A program made the position numbers and the translations under genes. This document shows positions 39,421 through 47,958 of a DNA stretch of 64,000 nucleotides, one piece after another (the stretch's first letter is position 1; each line of letters begins with the position of its first letter). The notes beneath the pieces were generated by a model. The model was given only the letters and a program-made list of their open reading frames with translations, was not told where the DNA came from and ran no database searches. This DNA comes from an uncultured delta proteobacterium (GTDB taxonomy: Bacteria; Desulfobacterota; Desulfobacteria; Desulfobacterales; B30-G6), in the NCBI GenBank assembly GCA_963823335.1, contig CAWGLD010000001.1, positions 1,024,001 to 1,088,000 of the forward strand, given 5' to 3'.

Positions 39421-40902
39421 ATGAAAACAGTCAAAGTATTGTCGATCATCTTTTTCTCATCACTCTGCTTGATCTTTGCGCAATCAGTCTTTCCGGTGTT
39501 TGCCGAAACAGGAGATGAGGATCTGGATCGTGTGATCGAGGGGTTTGAGGACGAACCTGTCAATAAGCCTGAAGAAGTGTTTGATGGCATATTAGAAGGG
39601 TTTGAAGATCAGCCGGCCGAAGATAGTCCCCGGGAGATTGATGCCGGAGAATCACCAACCCGGAACGACCATCAAGAAGGAGTGTTCGCTGTGAGTTTCA
39701 ACGGGCATACCAGTGTGAGGTCGACCTATAACTACGAACATGACGAGCCCGTCGAAGATGAGACAGACTGGAGAGGCCTTTCAAGCCTTCGTTCGGAGTT
39801 GATGCTTGAGGTCGACACAAAGCTGGGAAAGAACTGGTCGGCCAGAATCAGCGGCAGTGCCTTCTATGATGCCGCCTATGACATAAACGGCAGGGATTCG
39901 TATACCGATGAAGTTCAGGATAACTATATCAGCGAAACTGAGCTCCTGGAAACGTATGTCCAGGGCAGCCTTCTGAAGTATCTGGATGTAAAAGTCGGGC
40001 GGCAGATTGTCGTATGGGGGAAACTGGACAATATTCGGGTGACGGATGTCCTGAATCCTTTGAACCTCAGGGAAATTGGTGCCACCGATATCGAAGATCT
40101 CCGTCTTCCTGTCAATATGTTGAAAATCAGCGCCTATATCTTCAACTGGAGCCTTACCGGCATCGCGATACCTGAAATACGCTTCAATAAAAATCCCGAG
40201 TACGGCAGTGATTTTTATCCCGCCGATCTTCCTCCGGCGCATGAAGAAAAGCCTGAAAGCGGATTTGAGAACATGGAATATGCTCTTTCGGCCAGTAGTG
40301 TATTCAGTGGCTGGGATGTTGCTTTTTACTGGGCGGATGTATACAGCGATGCATCCCATCTGGAGAAACTTCCGGGTTTTTTCCAAGTGGAATTAGCCCA
40401 TGCGCGTTTAAAGCTATATGGAGCAGCCTTTGACATTGCGTATGGAAACTGGCTTCTATCGGCCGAAGCCGCTCATATTTCCGGTTTGCAATATTTTAAT
40501 ACGGATGATGAAACCTTTTCCAGGACAGATGTCGGAGCAGGCATCGAATTCTCCGGATTTAGTGAGGCGACCCTGGGCATCGAGGTGGTTCAGCGATATA
40601 TTCATGATTATAAAGACATATTGAAAAACGAACCGGACAACCTGGAAAAGACTTCAACACAATCAGTGGTTAGGCTGACAAAAACCTGGCTCAACAAAAC
40701 GCTCACCCTGACAATATTGGCGTCGGCATTTGGATCCGACTTTAAAAAGGGGTCGCTTCAGCGCTATGAACTGGACTATGATATTTCTGATAACCTTCTT
40801 GTCAAAGGAGGGCTGATTGCCTATCAATCTGGAACCACCACCGGTTTTGGCAGTATAGGGGACAACGACCGTTTGTTTCTTGAATTCAAATATAGCTTTT
40901 AG
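39421..40902 (+). CDS. DUF1302-like outer membrane beta-barrel protein
   Basis: Signal peptide, an acidic N-terminus, KVGRQIVVWG, DVLNP and a C-terminal FKYSF beta-signal. Confidence 0.8.
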   Translation: MKTVKVLSIIFFSSLCLIFAQSVFPVFAETGDEDLDRVIEGFEDEPVNKPEEVFDGILEGFEDQPAEDSPREIDAGESPTRNDHQEGVFAVSFNGHTSVRSTYNYEHDEPVEDETDWRGLSSLRSELMLEVDTKLGKNWSARISGSAFYDAAYDINGRDSYTDEVQDNYISETELLETYVQGSLLKYLDVKVGRQIVVWGKLDNIRVTDVLNPLNLREIGATDIEDLRLPVNMLKISAYIFNWSLTGIAIPEIRFNKNPEYGSDFYPADLPPAHEEKPESGFENMEYALSASSVFSGWDVAFYWADVYSDASHLEKLPGFFQVELAHARLKLYGAAFDIAYGNWLLSAEAAHISGLQYFNTDDETFSRTDVGAGIEFSGFSEATLGIEVVQRYIHDYKDILKNEPDNLEKTSTQSVVRLTKTWLNKTLTLTILASAFGSDFKKGSLQRYELDYDISDNLLVKGGLIAYQSGTTTGFGSIGDNDRLFLEFKYSF

Positions 40903-41076
40903 AAGAACTCGAGGCAGCTCAAAGATGGAAAATGCCGAGCAATTATGGGAAACAACCCCCTGTTCGAGGTCGTTTATGCTTGACAGGATATGGCAAGTTG
41001 ACTATAGCACATTTTTTGGATATACGTCTTGTGGGATATGCTTTTCAGCCAAAACAACCAGGGAAACTGCATCGGT

Positions 41077-41610
41077 ATGAGGTTAAGGGAGTTACTGAAA
41101 AATAAGAAGTCTTCCATTGTAAAAAAATGGTTTGAATTTGTGATTGATACCTATGCACCTGATGCGGCGCTGTTCTTTAAAAGTCAAAAAGACAATTTTT
41201 TAAATCCTGTCGGTGGAACCACACACAGTATTCTTGAGACACTGTTTGAAACCCTCCTGGAAAATGTTGATGCCGATAACGTTGCTGTCACGCTGGAACC
41301 GATTATTAAAATTCGGGCGGTACAAAAATTTTCGCCATCCCAGGCTGTCGGATTCCTTTTTGCCCTAAAAACAATTATTCGCAATGAATTGAAAAAAGAA
41401 TTAAAAAAGATACATCCTGAGGAGCTGGAATTGGTCGACACCAGAATTGACACACTGGCGTTGATCGGGTTCGACGTTTTCGTTCGATGCAGAGAGAAGA
41501 TTTACGACCTCAAGACCAATACAGAGAGGAGTAAAATCTATACGGCGTTCGCACGGGCCGGGCTAATTAAAGAGATTGCGGCAGATGAACCGGATCTCAA
41601 ATTTGTTTAA
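41077..41610 (+). CDS. dsrT: DsrT (RsbRD N-terminal domain protein)
   Basis: IVKKWF....TY, F.NPVG, IIKIRAVQ.F.PSQAV.F and CREKIY motifs, directly upstream of dsrM. Confidence 0.88.
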   Translation: MRLRELLKNKKSSIVKKWFEFVIDTYAPDAALFFKSQKDNFLNPVGGTTHSILETLFETLLENVDADNVAVTLEPIIKIRAVQKFSPSQAVGFLFALKTIIRNELKKELKKIHPEELELVDTRIDTLALIGFDVFVRCREKIYDLKTNTERSKIYTAFARAGLIKEIAADEPDLKFV

Positions 41611-41634
41611 TATCTATCAGCGAGGTAATGTTAA

Positions 41635-42702
41635 ATGAATACTAAGTACATGTATTCCCTGCTATCGGTTATTGTACTGTCTTTGATTTCCTATTTTCTG
41701 GTCGAGGCTGCATCAGGATTCAGGGTTCTATTCGGTATCATCATTCCTTATCTGGCCTTAATTGTTTTCATTGCAGGATTTATTAACCGCATGATGTATT
41801 GGACCCGCTCTCCTGTGCCGTTCTGTATTCCCACAACATGCGGCCAACAGAAGTCGTTGCCATGGATCAAACCGAACCGGATCGACAATCCTTTTTCCAA
41901 ACGTGCGGTGGTCGTCAGGATGCTTTTGGAAGTCGTGTTTTTCCGTTCGCTCTTCCGAAATACCCGTCTAAAGTTGAAATCAGGACCCAAGATTGTCTAC
42001 AATCTTGAAATATTTTTATGGGTGGGTGCCCTGGCCTTTCACTGGGCTTTTTTAACCGTCTTGCTCAGACATTTACGTTTTTTTGTCGACCCTGTTCCAA
42101 TGCTGGTTAAGGCTCTTGAAAACGTGGATGCTTTTTTCCGTTTGGAAATACTTTATGACGTGGCTCAATTTGGACTGCCGGGTGTATACCTGTCAGGAAT
42201 CGTTTTATTGGCAGCCGTTACATACCTGCTCCTCAGAAGGGTATTCATACCCAGTGTTCGTTACATTTCCCTGGCTGCCGATTTTTTTCCTCTGTTTCTT
42301 CTCTTCGGCATCGCGTTTACAGGGATAATGATGCGCTATGTGACCAAAATCGATGTTGTCGCAGCCAAAGAGCTTACCATGGGGCTGGTTACCTTTCACC
42401 CTACAATCCCCGAAGGTGTGTCTTCCATCTTTTATGTTCATCTATTTTTTGTCAGCATTCTTTTGATGTATTTTCCTTTCAGCAAGCTCATGCATATCGG
42501 CGGCGTCTTTTTGAGCCCCACCCGAAACCTGCCCGCAGACACACGTGCCACCCGGCATGTCAACCCCTGGAATTACCCGGTACATGTTCACACATATGAA
42601 GAGTACGAAGATGAATTCAGAGAGAAAATGGTAGAAGCTGGTTTGCCGGTAGTGAAACAGCCAGTTGAAACACCTCCCGATGAATCAGAGGAAAAGGAGT
42701 AA
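41635..42702 (+). CDS. dsrM: DsrM membrane b-type cytochrome
   Basis: SPVPF.IPTTCGQQKSL, FHW, RHLR, YVHLF and FPFSKLMH motifs. Confidence 0.96.
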   Translation: MNTKYMYSLLSVIVLSLISYFLVEAASGFRVLFGIIIPYLALIVFIAGFINRMMYWTRSPVPFCIPTTCGQQKSLPWIKPNRIDNPFSKRAVVVRMLLEVVFFRSLFRNTRLKLKSGPKIVYNLEIFLWVGALAFHWAFLTVLLRHLRFFVDPVPMLVKALENVDAFFRLEILYDVAQFGLPGVYLSGIVLLAAVTYLLLRRVFIPSVRYISLAADFFPLFLLFGIAFTGIMMRYVTKIDVVAAKELTMGLVTFHPTIPEGVSSIFYVHLFFVSILLMYFPFSKLMHIGGVFLSPTRNLPADTRATRHVNPWNYPVHVHTYEEYEDEFREKMVEAGLPVVKQPVETPPDESEEKE

Positions 42703-42705
42703 CAT

Positions 42706-44331
42706 ATGGCAGATCTTCAGAAACCCGAAGAACTATACAAAACAGACAACCATCCGCCCAAAACAGACTGGATGGATACGCCCGCCGAAATTACAAAGGG
42801 CATTGCCTGTTATGCGGGAAACCCAAAAAGCCTTGAATACGTCGGGTTGCCCAATCCGCGTACCTGGAGTTGCTTCGACGAGGATTGGCAGTTACCGGAG
42901 AATTGGCAGCAGATCATCCATGAAGGATTCAGGGAGCGTCTCGAAAAATTTCGCTCCTTCAAGGTTTTTATGGATATCTGTGTCAGGTGTGGCGCCTGTG
43001 CGGACAAGTGTCACTATTTTATCGGGACAGGGGATCCGAAAAACATGCCTGTCTTGCGGGCTGAGCTGTTAAGATCGGTCTATAGGAATGATTTTACAAC
43101 AGCGGGTAAAATACTTGGCCGGCTCGGGGGCGCCCGACCCATGACCATTGAGGTTCTCAAAGAGTGGTGGAGTTATCTGTTTCAGTGTTCCGAGTGTCGC
43201 AGATGTTCCGTGTTCTGCCCGTATGGAATCGATACTGCCGAAATCACCATTATGGGACGTGAGCTACTAAACCTGCTGGGATTGAATATCGACTGGATCG
43301 CAACCCCGGTTGCCAACTGCTACCGGACCGGCAATCACCTGGGAATTCAGCCGCATGCGTTTAAAGATATGCTTGACTTTTTTCAAGATGATATTGAAGA
43401 AATTACAGGCGTACGCGTAGAGCCCCAGTTCAACAAAGTTGGAGCGGACATCCTTTTTATTACCCCGTCAGGAGATGTGTTTGCAGATCCCGGCACGTAC
43501 ACCTGCATGGGGTATATGATGCTTTTTCATTTTCTAAAGGAAAAATATGGGTTTGATGTAACCTGGAGCACCTATGCTTCCGAGGGGGGCAATTTCGGCT
43601 TCTTTACCTCGCATGAAATGATGAAGCGCTTGAATTCGAAGATGTATGCCGAAGCCAAACGGCTGGGTGTCAAATGGATTCTGGGCGGGGAGTGCGGTCA
43701 TATGTGGCGGGTTATCAACCAGTACATGGATACGATGAACGGCCCTGCCGATTTTCTGGAAGAACCGGTGTCACCCATCACAGGAACCAAATTCGAAAAT
43801 GCCAAATCGACAAAAATGGTTCATATTACGGAGTTTACGGCGGACCTGCTCAAGCATGGCAAACTGGATCTTGATATATCACGGAACGACAACCTTAAAG
43901 TGACATTTCACGATTCCTGTAACCCCTCAAGGGGCATGGGGTTGCTGGAAGAACCAAGATATGTCATCAAAAATGTCTGCAATCATTTTTATGAAATGCC
44001 GGAAAACACTATTCGAGAGCAGACATTCTGCTGTGGAAGCGGCTCAGGTCTCAATGCCGGCGAAGATATGGAGTTAAGGATGGCAGGAGGGCTTCCCAGG
44101 GCCAATGCAGTGAAATTTGTTCATGAGAACAAAGGTGTCAACACACTGGCAACGATCTGTGCAATAGACCGCGCCGCCTTGCCGGACCTCATGTCCTACT
44201 GGGTTCCGGGGGTGGAGGTTTACGGCGTACACGAAATGGTGGGGAACGCCCTGCTGCTACCAGGTGAAAATGAGAGACAGACAGATCTGCGCGGCGAACC
44301 GCTGCCGGGAATGGAGGCTGCAGATGAATGA
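42706..44331 (+). CDS. dsrK: DsrK Fe-S/CCG catalytic subunit
   Basis: CVRCGACADKC, CSECRRCSVFCP, GECGH, HDSCN and CCGSG motifs. Confidence 0.97.
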   Translation: MADLQKPEELYKTDNHPPKTDWMDTPAEITKGIACYAGNPKSLEYVGLPNPRTWSCFDEDWQLPENWQQIIHEGFRERLEKFRSFKVFMDICVRCGACADKCHYFIGTGDPKNMPVLRAELLRSVYRNDFTTAGKILGRLGGARPMTIEVLKEWWSYLFQCSECRRCSVFCPYGIDTAEITIMGRELLNLLGLNIDWIATPVANCYRTGNHLGIQPHAFKDMLDFFQDDIEEITGVRVEPQFNKVGADILFITPSGDVFADPGTYTCMGYMMLFHFLKEKYGFDVTWSTYASEGGNFGFFTSHEMMKRLNSKMYAEAKRLGVKWILGGECGHMWRVINQYMDTMNGPADFLEEPVSPITGTKFENAKSTKMVHITEFTADLLKHGKLDLDISRNDNLKVTFHDSCNPSRGMGLLEEPRYVIKNVCNHFYEMPENTIREQTFCCGSGSGLNAGEDMELRMAGGLPRANAVKFVHENKGVNTLATICAIDRAALPDLMSYWVPGVEVYGVHEMVGNALLLPGENERQTDLRGEPLPGMEAADE

Positions 44332-44719
44332 TAAGAAATTGATCATAGCGGGTGTTGTCATTTTTATTGCTTTGATCGCTTTTCCGTTCTGGTTCAACAT
44401 GGGCAAGGCTGCACCTGCACCCGAACTGGCGCTTACCGAACATGCCAAAGCAGCCAATGCGGGGAAGTGCGTCATGCCGACGGATTTTATGAAAGCAGAG
44501 CACATGCAGCTGTTGGATGTATGGCGGCATTCGGTTGTGAGAAATGCCCAGAGAACTTTCGTCAATACGAGCGGACAAGAATTTAACATGAGTCTTTCCA
44601 ACACATGCCTGGATTGTCATTCGAATAAAGCCGATTTTTGTGACAGATGTCACAATTATGCGTCGGTAAGACCATACTGCTGGGATTGCCATATCGACAA
44701 CCCGAAGGAGACAGAATAA
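44324..44719 (+). CDS. dsrJ: DsrJ triheme cytochrome c
   Basis: Three CxxCH motifs (CLDCH, CDRCH, CWDCH), HMQLL..WR and an N-terminal TM. GGAGG RBS. Confidence 0.96.
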   Translation: MNDKKLIIAGVVIFIALIAFPFWFNMGKAAPAPELALTEHAKAANAGKCVMPTDFMKAEHMQLLDVWRHSVVRNAQRTFVNTSGQEFNMSLSNTCLDCHSNKADFCDRCHNYASVRPYCWDCHIDNPKETE

Positions 44720-45504
44720 TGGAAGACAGCAGAAGACGCTTTCTAATGCTGGCCGGTATTTCGGCGGTGGGCTTAACTGCTAAACCTGTATTGGATGCAT
44801 TTGCCGCGGAGCAAAAGCAAGACCCAAAAATCGGTCTAAAAAAGGGTGACGATGCGCTGATTGCGAAACAGTGGGGAATGGTGATAGACACCAGAAAAAT
44901 CGAGTCTGTAGAAGACCTTGAGCCCATCATCGAAGCCTGTCACAAAACGCACAATGTCCCAGCCATAGAAAACGAAAATCATGAAGTTAAATGGATATGG
45001 GAAACGCATTTTCACAATGCCTTTCCAGGTCTGGGCCAGCGTTATCAGGATGAAAAGACCGAGCATACCCCGTTTCTGGTTCTCTGCAATCACTGCGAAA
45101 ATCCGCCCTGCTGCCGGGTTTGCCCAACCAAGGCAACATTTAAAAGGGAATCCGACGGAATTGTGTTGATGGACTTTCACAGGTGTATCGGATGCCGGTT
45201 TTGCATGGCAGCCTGTCCATATGGATCACGGAGCTTCAACTTCAGGGATCCACGACCATTTATCGAGGAGACCAACAAAGCCTTTCCAACCCGTATGAAG
45301 GGTGTGGTTGAAAAATGTAATTTCTGTGCTGAACGGCTGGCTGTTGGAAAGGAGCCGGCCTGTGTCGAAGTATCCGAAGGCGTCATGGTCTTTGGCGATC
45401 TTGCCGATCCGGAGTCCGAAATCAGGGAGCTATTGAGAACCAACTATACCATTCGCCGCAAACAGGGCCTCGGAACAGAGCCCTCTATTTACTATATCGT
45501 ATGA
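44719..45504 (+). CDS. dsrO: DsrO periplasmic Fe-S protein
   Basis: Tat signal SRRRFL, CNHCENPPCCRVCP, CIGCRFCMAACPY and KCNFC motifs. Confidence 0.96.
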   Translation: MEDSRRRFLMLAGISAVGLTAKPVLDAFAAEQKQDPKIGLKKGDDALIAKQWGMVIDTRKIESVEDLEPIIEACHKTHNVPAIENENHEVKWIWETHFHNAFPGLGQRYQDEKTEHTPFLVLCNHCENPPCCRVCPTKATFKRESDGIVLMDFHRCIGCRFCMAACPYGSRSFNFRDPRPFIEETNKAFPTRMKGVVEKCNFCAERLAVGKEPACVEVSEGVMVFGDLADPESEIRELLRTNYTIRRKQGLGTEPSIYYIV

Positions 45505-45511
45505 GGTGACT

Positions 45512-46669
45512 ATGCTTGAATTAGCAATAAAAGGAAGCAAGAAATATTACGGATGGATAACATTATTGCTGGTCGTTATCGGCATCGGCTTTCTCGTGTA
45601 CTTGAAGCAGCTGTCATTTGGCCTGGCCATAACCGGTCTGAGCCGGGATGTTTCCTGGGGATTTTACATCGCCAATCTTACGTTTCTCGTGGGTGTTGCC
45701 GCCGGTGGCGTCATGGTTGTGCTGCCTTACTACCTGCATGATTACAAAGCCTTTGGAAAAATCACCATCCTGGGCGAATTCCTGGCGATTGCGGCCATTA
45801 TCATGTGCATCACCTTTGTCGTGGTCGATCTGGGGCAACCCATGCGGGTGTTTAATACCCTGTTATATCCGTCCCCCAACTCTGTCCTTTTCTGGGATAT
45901 CGTTGTTTTGCAGGGATATCTGTTTTTGAATCTAATTATCGGCTGGAACGTCCTGGAAGCGGAGAGAAACGGAGCTCATTATCAAGCCTGGGTAACACCG
46001 CTTATTTATCTGTCGATTCCCTGGGCGATCAGCATTCATACCGTAACGGCCTTCCTCTACGCGGGACTTCCCGGAAGAGGGTTTTGGATGACGGCCATTA
46101 TGGCGCCCCGCTTTTTGTCATCGGCCTTTGCGGCGGGTCCTTCCCTGCTGATTCTTTTGAGTCTGATCATACGGCGAGTCACCAATTTTGACCCGGGCAG
46201 AGAGCAAATCCAATCCCTGGCCAAGATCGTGGCCTATGCCATCTGTATCAATGTATTTTTCTTTTTATGTGAAGTGTTTACGGCTTTTTACAGCAATATC
46301 CCCGAACATATGGACCACATCAAATATCTGTTCGTGGGTTTACAGGGCAAAAGTTCACTGGTGCCATGGATGTGGACTTCTTATGGCTTGATGGTTATTG
46401 CCATTATTCTTTTGGTAAATCCCATCACACGCAAGCATGAGGGCGTACTGGCAGTAGCCTGTATTACGGTTTTTGTGGGGACCTATATCGACAAAGGCCT
46501 GGGTATGATCTCCGGTGGTTTTGTGCCCAACCCCCTGCACCAGGTTAATGAATATGCGCCAACCATTCCGGAACTTGTAATATCATTGGGCATATATGGT
46601 TTTGGTGCCCTGGTTTTAACGGTATTGTATAAAATATCCGTGGGAGTCAAAGAGGAAGTAGCTGTTTAG
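45512..46669 (+). CDS. dsrP: DsrP NrfD-family membrane subunit
   Basis: TGLSRDVSWGFYIA..TFLVGVAA, DLGQP.R, SIHTVTAF and APRF motifs. Confidence 0.96.
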   Translation: MLELAIKGSKKYYGWITLLLVVIGIGFLVYLKQLSFGLAITGLSRDVSWGFYIANLTFLVGVAAGGVMVVLPYYLHDYKAFGKITILGEFLAIAAIIMCITFVVVDLGQPMRVFNTLLYPSPNSVLFWDIVVLQGYLFLNLIIGWNVLEAERNGAHYQAWVTPLIYLSIPWAISIHTVTAFLYAGLPGRGFWMTAIMAPRFLSSAFAAGPSLLILLSLIIRRVTNFDPGREQIQSLAKIVAYAICINVFFFLCEVFTAFYSNIPEHMDHIKYLFVGLQGKSSLVPWMWTSYGLMVIAIILLVNPITRKHEGVLAVACITVFVGTYIDKGLGMISGGFVPNPLHQVNEYAPTIPELVISLGIYGFGALVLTVLYKISVGVKEEVAV

Positions 46670-46692
46670 CGGTACCGTAATTTAACTGTCAT

Positions 46693-46726
46693 AAAGGCTC
46701 ATCCCAAAAAGGTGAGCCTTTTTTTT
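46693..46726 (+). terminator. Intrinsic terminator of the dsr operon
   Basis: AAAGGCTCA...TGAGCCTTT stem followed by a T run. Confidence 0.75.
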
Positions 46727-47006
46727 ACAGAATTCGATAATAGGGATCTTGGATATGTGAGTCCTTGCAGAGAGGGCATCTGCCGGGGGCTGAAAGCCGC
46801 CGACGGCTTTTGAACTCATATCCGCACTTCAAACATTTTGCAGGGGTCATTTTAAAGGTTCTTTTCTGGGCCTCCATCGATCGTTTAATGTGCGGAAGAT
46901 GGCCTCTAATCTCCGCTTCCTTTTGGCCGACAAGCTGTGAAAGCTCTCTGATCCCCTGTTCGTTTTTCTTCAGGAGTATGATTATCTGTTGTCGGATGGT
47001 ATTCAT
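46725..47006 (-). CDS. HTH + zinc-ribbon transcriptional regulator
   Basis: TIRQQII.LL, ELSQ, HL.HI, CLKCGYEF and PGRCPLCK motifs. Confidence 0.85.
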   Translation of the reverse strand: MNTIRQQIIILLKKNEQGIRELSQLVGQKEAEIRGHLPHIKRSMEAQKRTFKMTPAKCLKCGYEFKSRRRLSAPGRCPLCKDSHIQDPYYRIL

Positions 47007-47044
47007 TTCAATATAGTCACCCTAAAGTAGGAGGAATCAAACCC

Positions 47045-47950
47045 GTGTATCCCGGCACTATATTCGATGTCAAGCAGTATGCACTTCATGACGGTCCCGG
47101 TATCCGCACGACTGTATTTTTAAAAGGGTGTCCCCTCTGTTGTCAGTGGTGCCACAACCCTGAAGGCGTTGAGACGAACCCGCAGATCTTTTATCGGCAA
47201 AAGAGATGTATTGGCTGTGGTGAATGCCTGCTTGCCTGTCCGGAAAATGCTTTGTCCCTTACACCCGAAGGTGTCATCACAGACAGCGTTTTGTGTAAAT
47301 CAGAGGGCACTTGTGCCGCGGTCTGTCCCGCGGAAGCCAGGGAGTTGGTTGGAAAAACAGTTTCATCTGAGGAGATCGTTGAGATCGTCAAAAGAGATTC
47401 ACCTTTTTACAACCAGTCCGGCGGCGGAGTGACTTTTTCCGGTGGCGAGCCACTGATGCAACCGGATTTTCTTTTTGATTGTTTAAAACTGTGCGGCCGG
47501 GAGGGAATTCATCGTGCGGTGGACACCTCTGGATATGCCGAGTTAGAAATTATCAAGCAAATTGCCGGAGAAACCGACCTGTTCCTTTATGATCTGAAAT
47601 TTATTGACCCAGAGAAACACAGGCATTACACGGGTGTTTCAAATTCGTTGATTCTGGCGAATCTCAACTATCTGGCACGTTCGGGTGTCCAGGTCACGAT
47701 CCGCTTTCCCTTAATACCGGGTGTCAATGACAACGATGAAAGTATCGACCTCTTGGGTATGTTTCTCCGTAGCTTGCCAGAAATCAAAATAGTACATATC
47801 TTGCCCTATCATAGATATCAGGAGAAAAAGTATGTTCACCTCGATACGGTATACACTGTAAAAGATATTCCACTACCCACACCGGGCGATCTTACCCGGG
47901 TAAAAAAGCGACTGGAAAGCTTTGGCTTGAAGGTCGGCATAGGAGGCTGA
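47045..47950 (+). CDS. Glycyl-radical enzyme activase (HypD activase-like)
   Basis: HDGPGIRTTVFLKGCPLCCQWCHNPE, a ferredoxin insert and GGVTFSGGEP. GTG start with AGGAGG RBS. Confidence 0.95.
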   Translation: MYPGTIFDVKQYALHDGPGIRTTVFLKGCPLCCQWCHNPEGVETNPQIFYRQKRCIGCGECLLACPENALSLTPEGVITDSVLCKSEGTCAAVCPAEARELVGKTVSSEEIVEIVKRDSPFYNQSGGGVTFSGGEPLMQPDFLFDCLKLCGREGIHRAVDTSGYAELEIIKQIAGETDLFLYDLKFIDPEKHRHYTGVSNSLILANLNYLARSGVQVTIRFPLIPGVNDNDESIDLLGMFLRSLPEIKIVHILPYHRYQEKKYVHLDTVYTVKDIPLPTPGDLTRVKKRLESFGLKVGIGG

Positions 47951-47958
47951 CAGGAACA

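Noticed and set aside
40903-41076. Rex operator upstream of dsrT
   Set aside because: No convincing TTGTGAA-N4-TTCACAA match.
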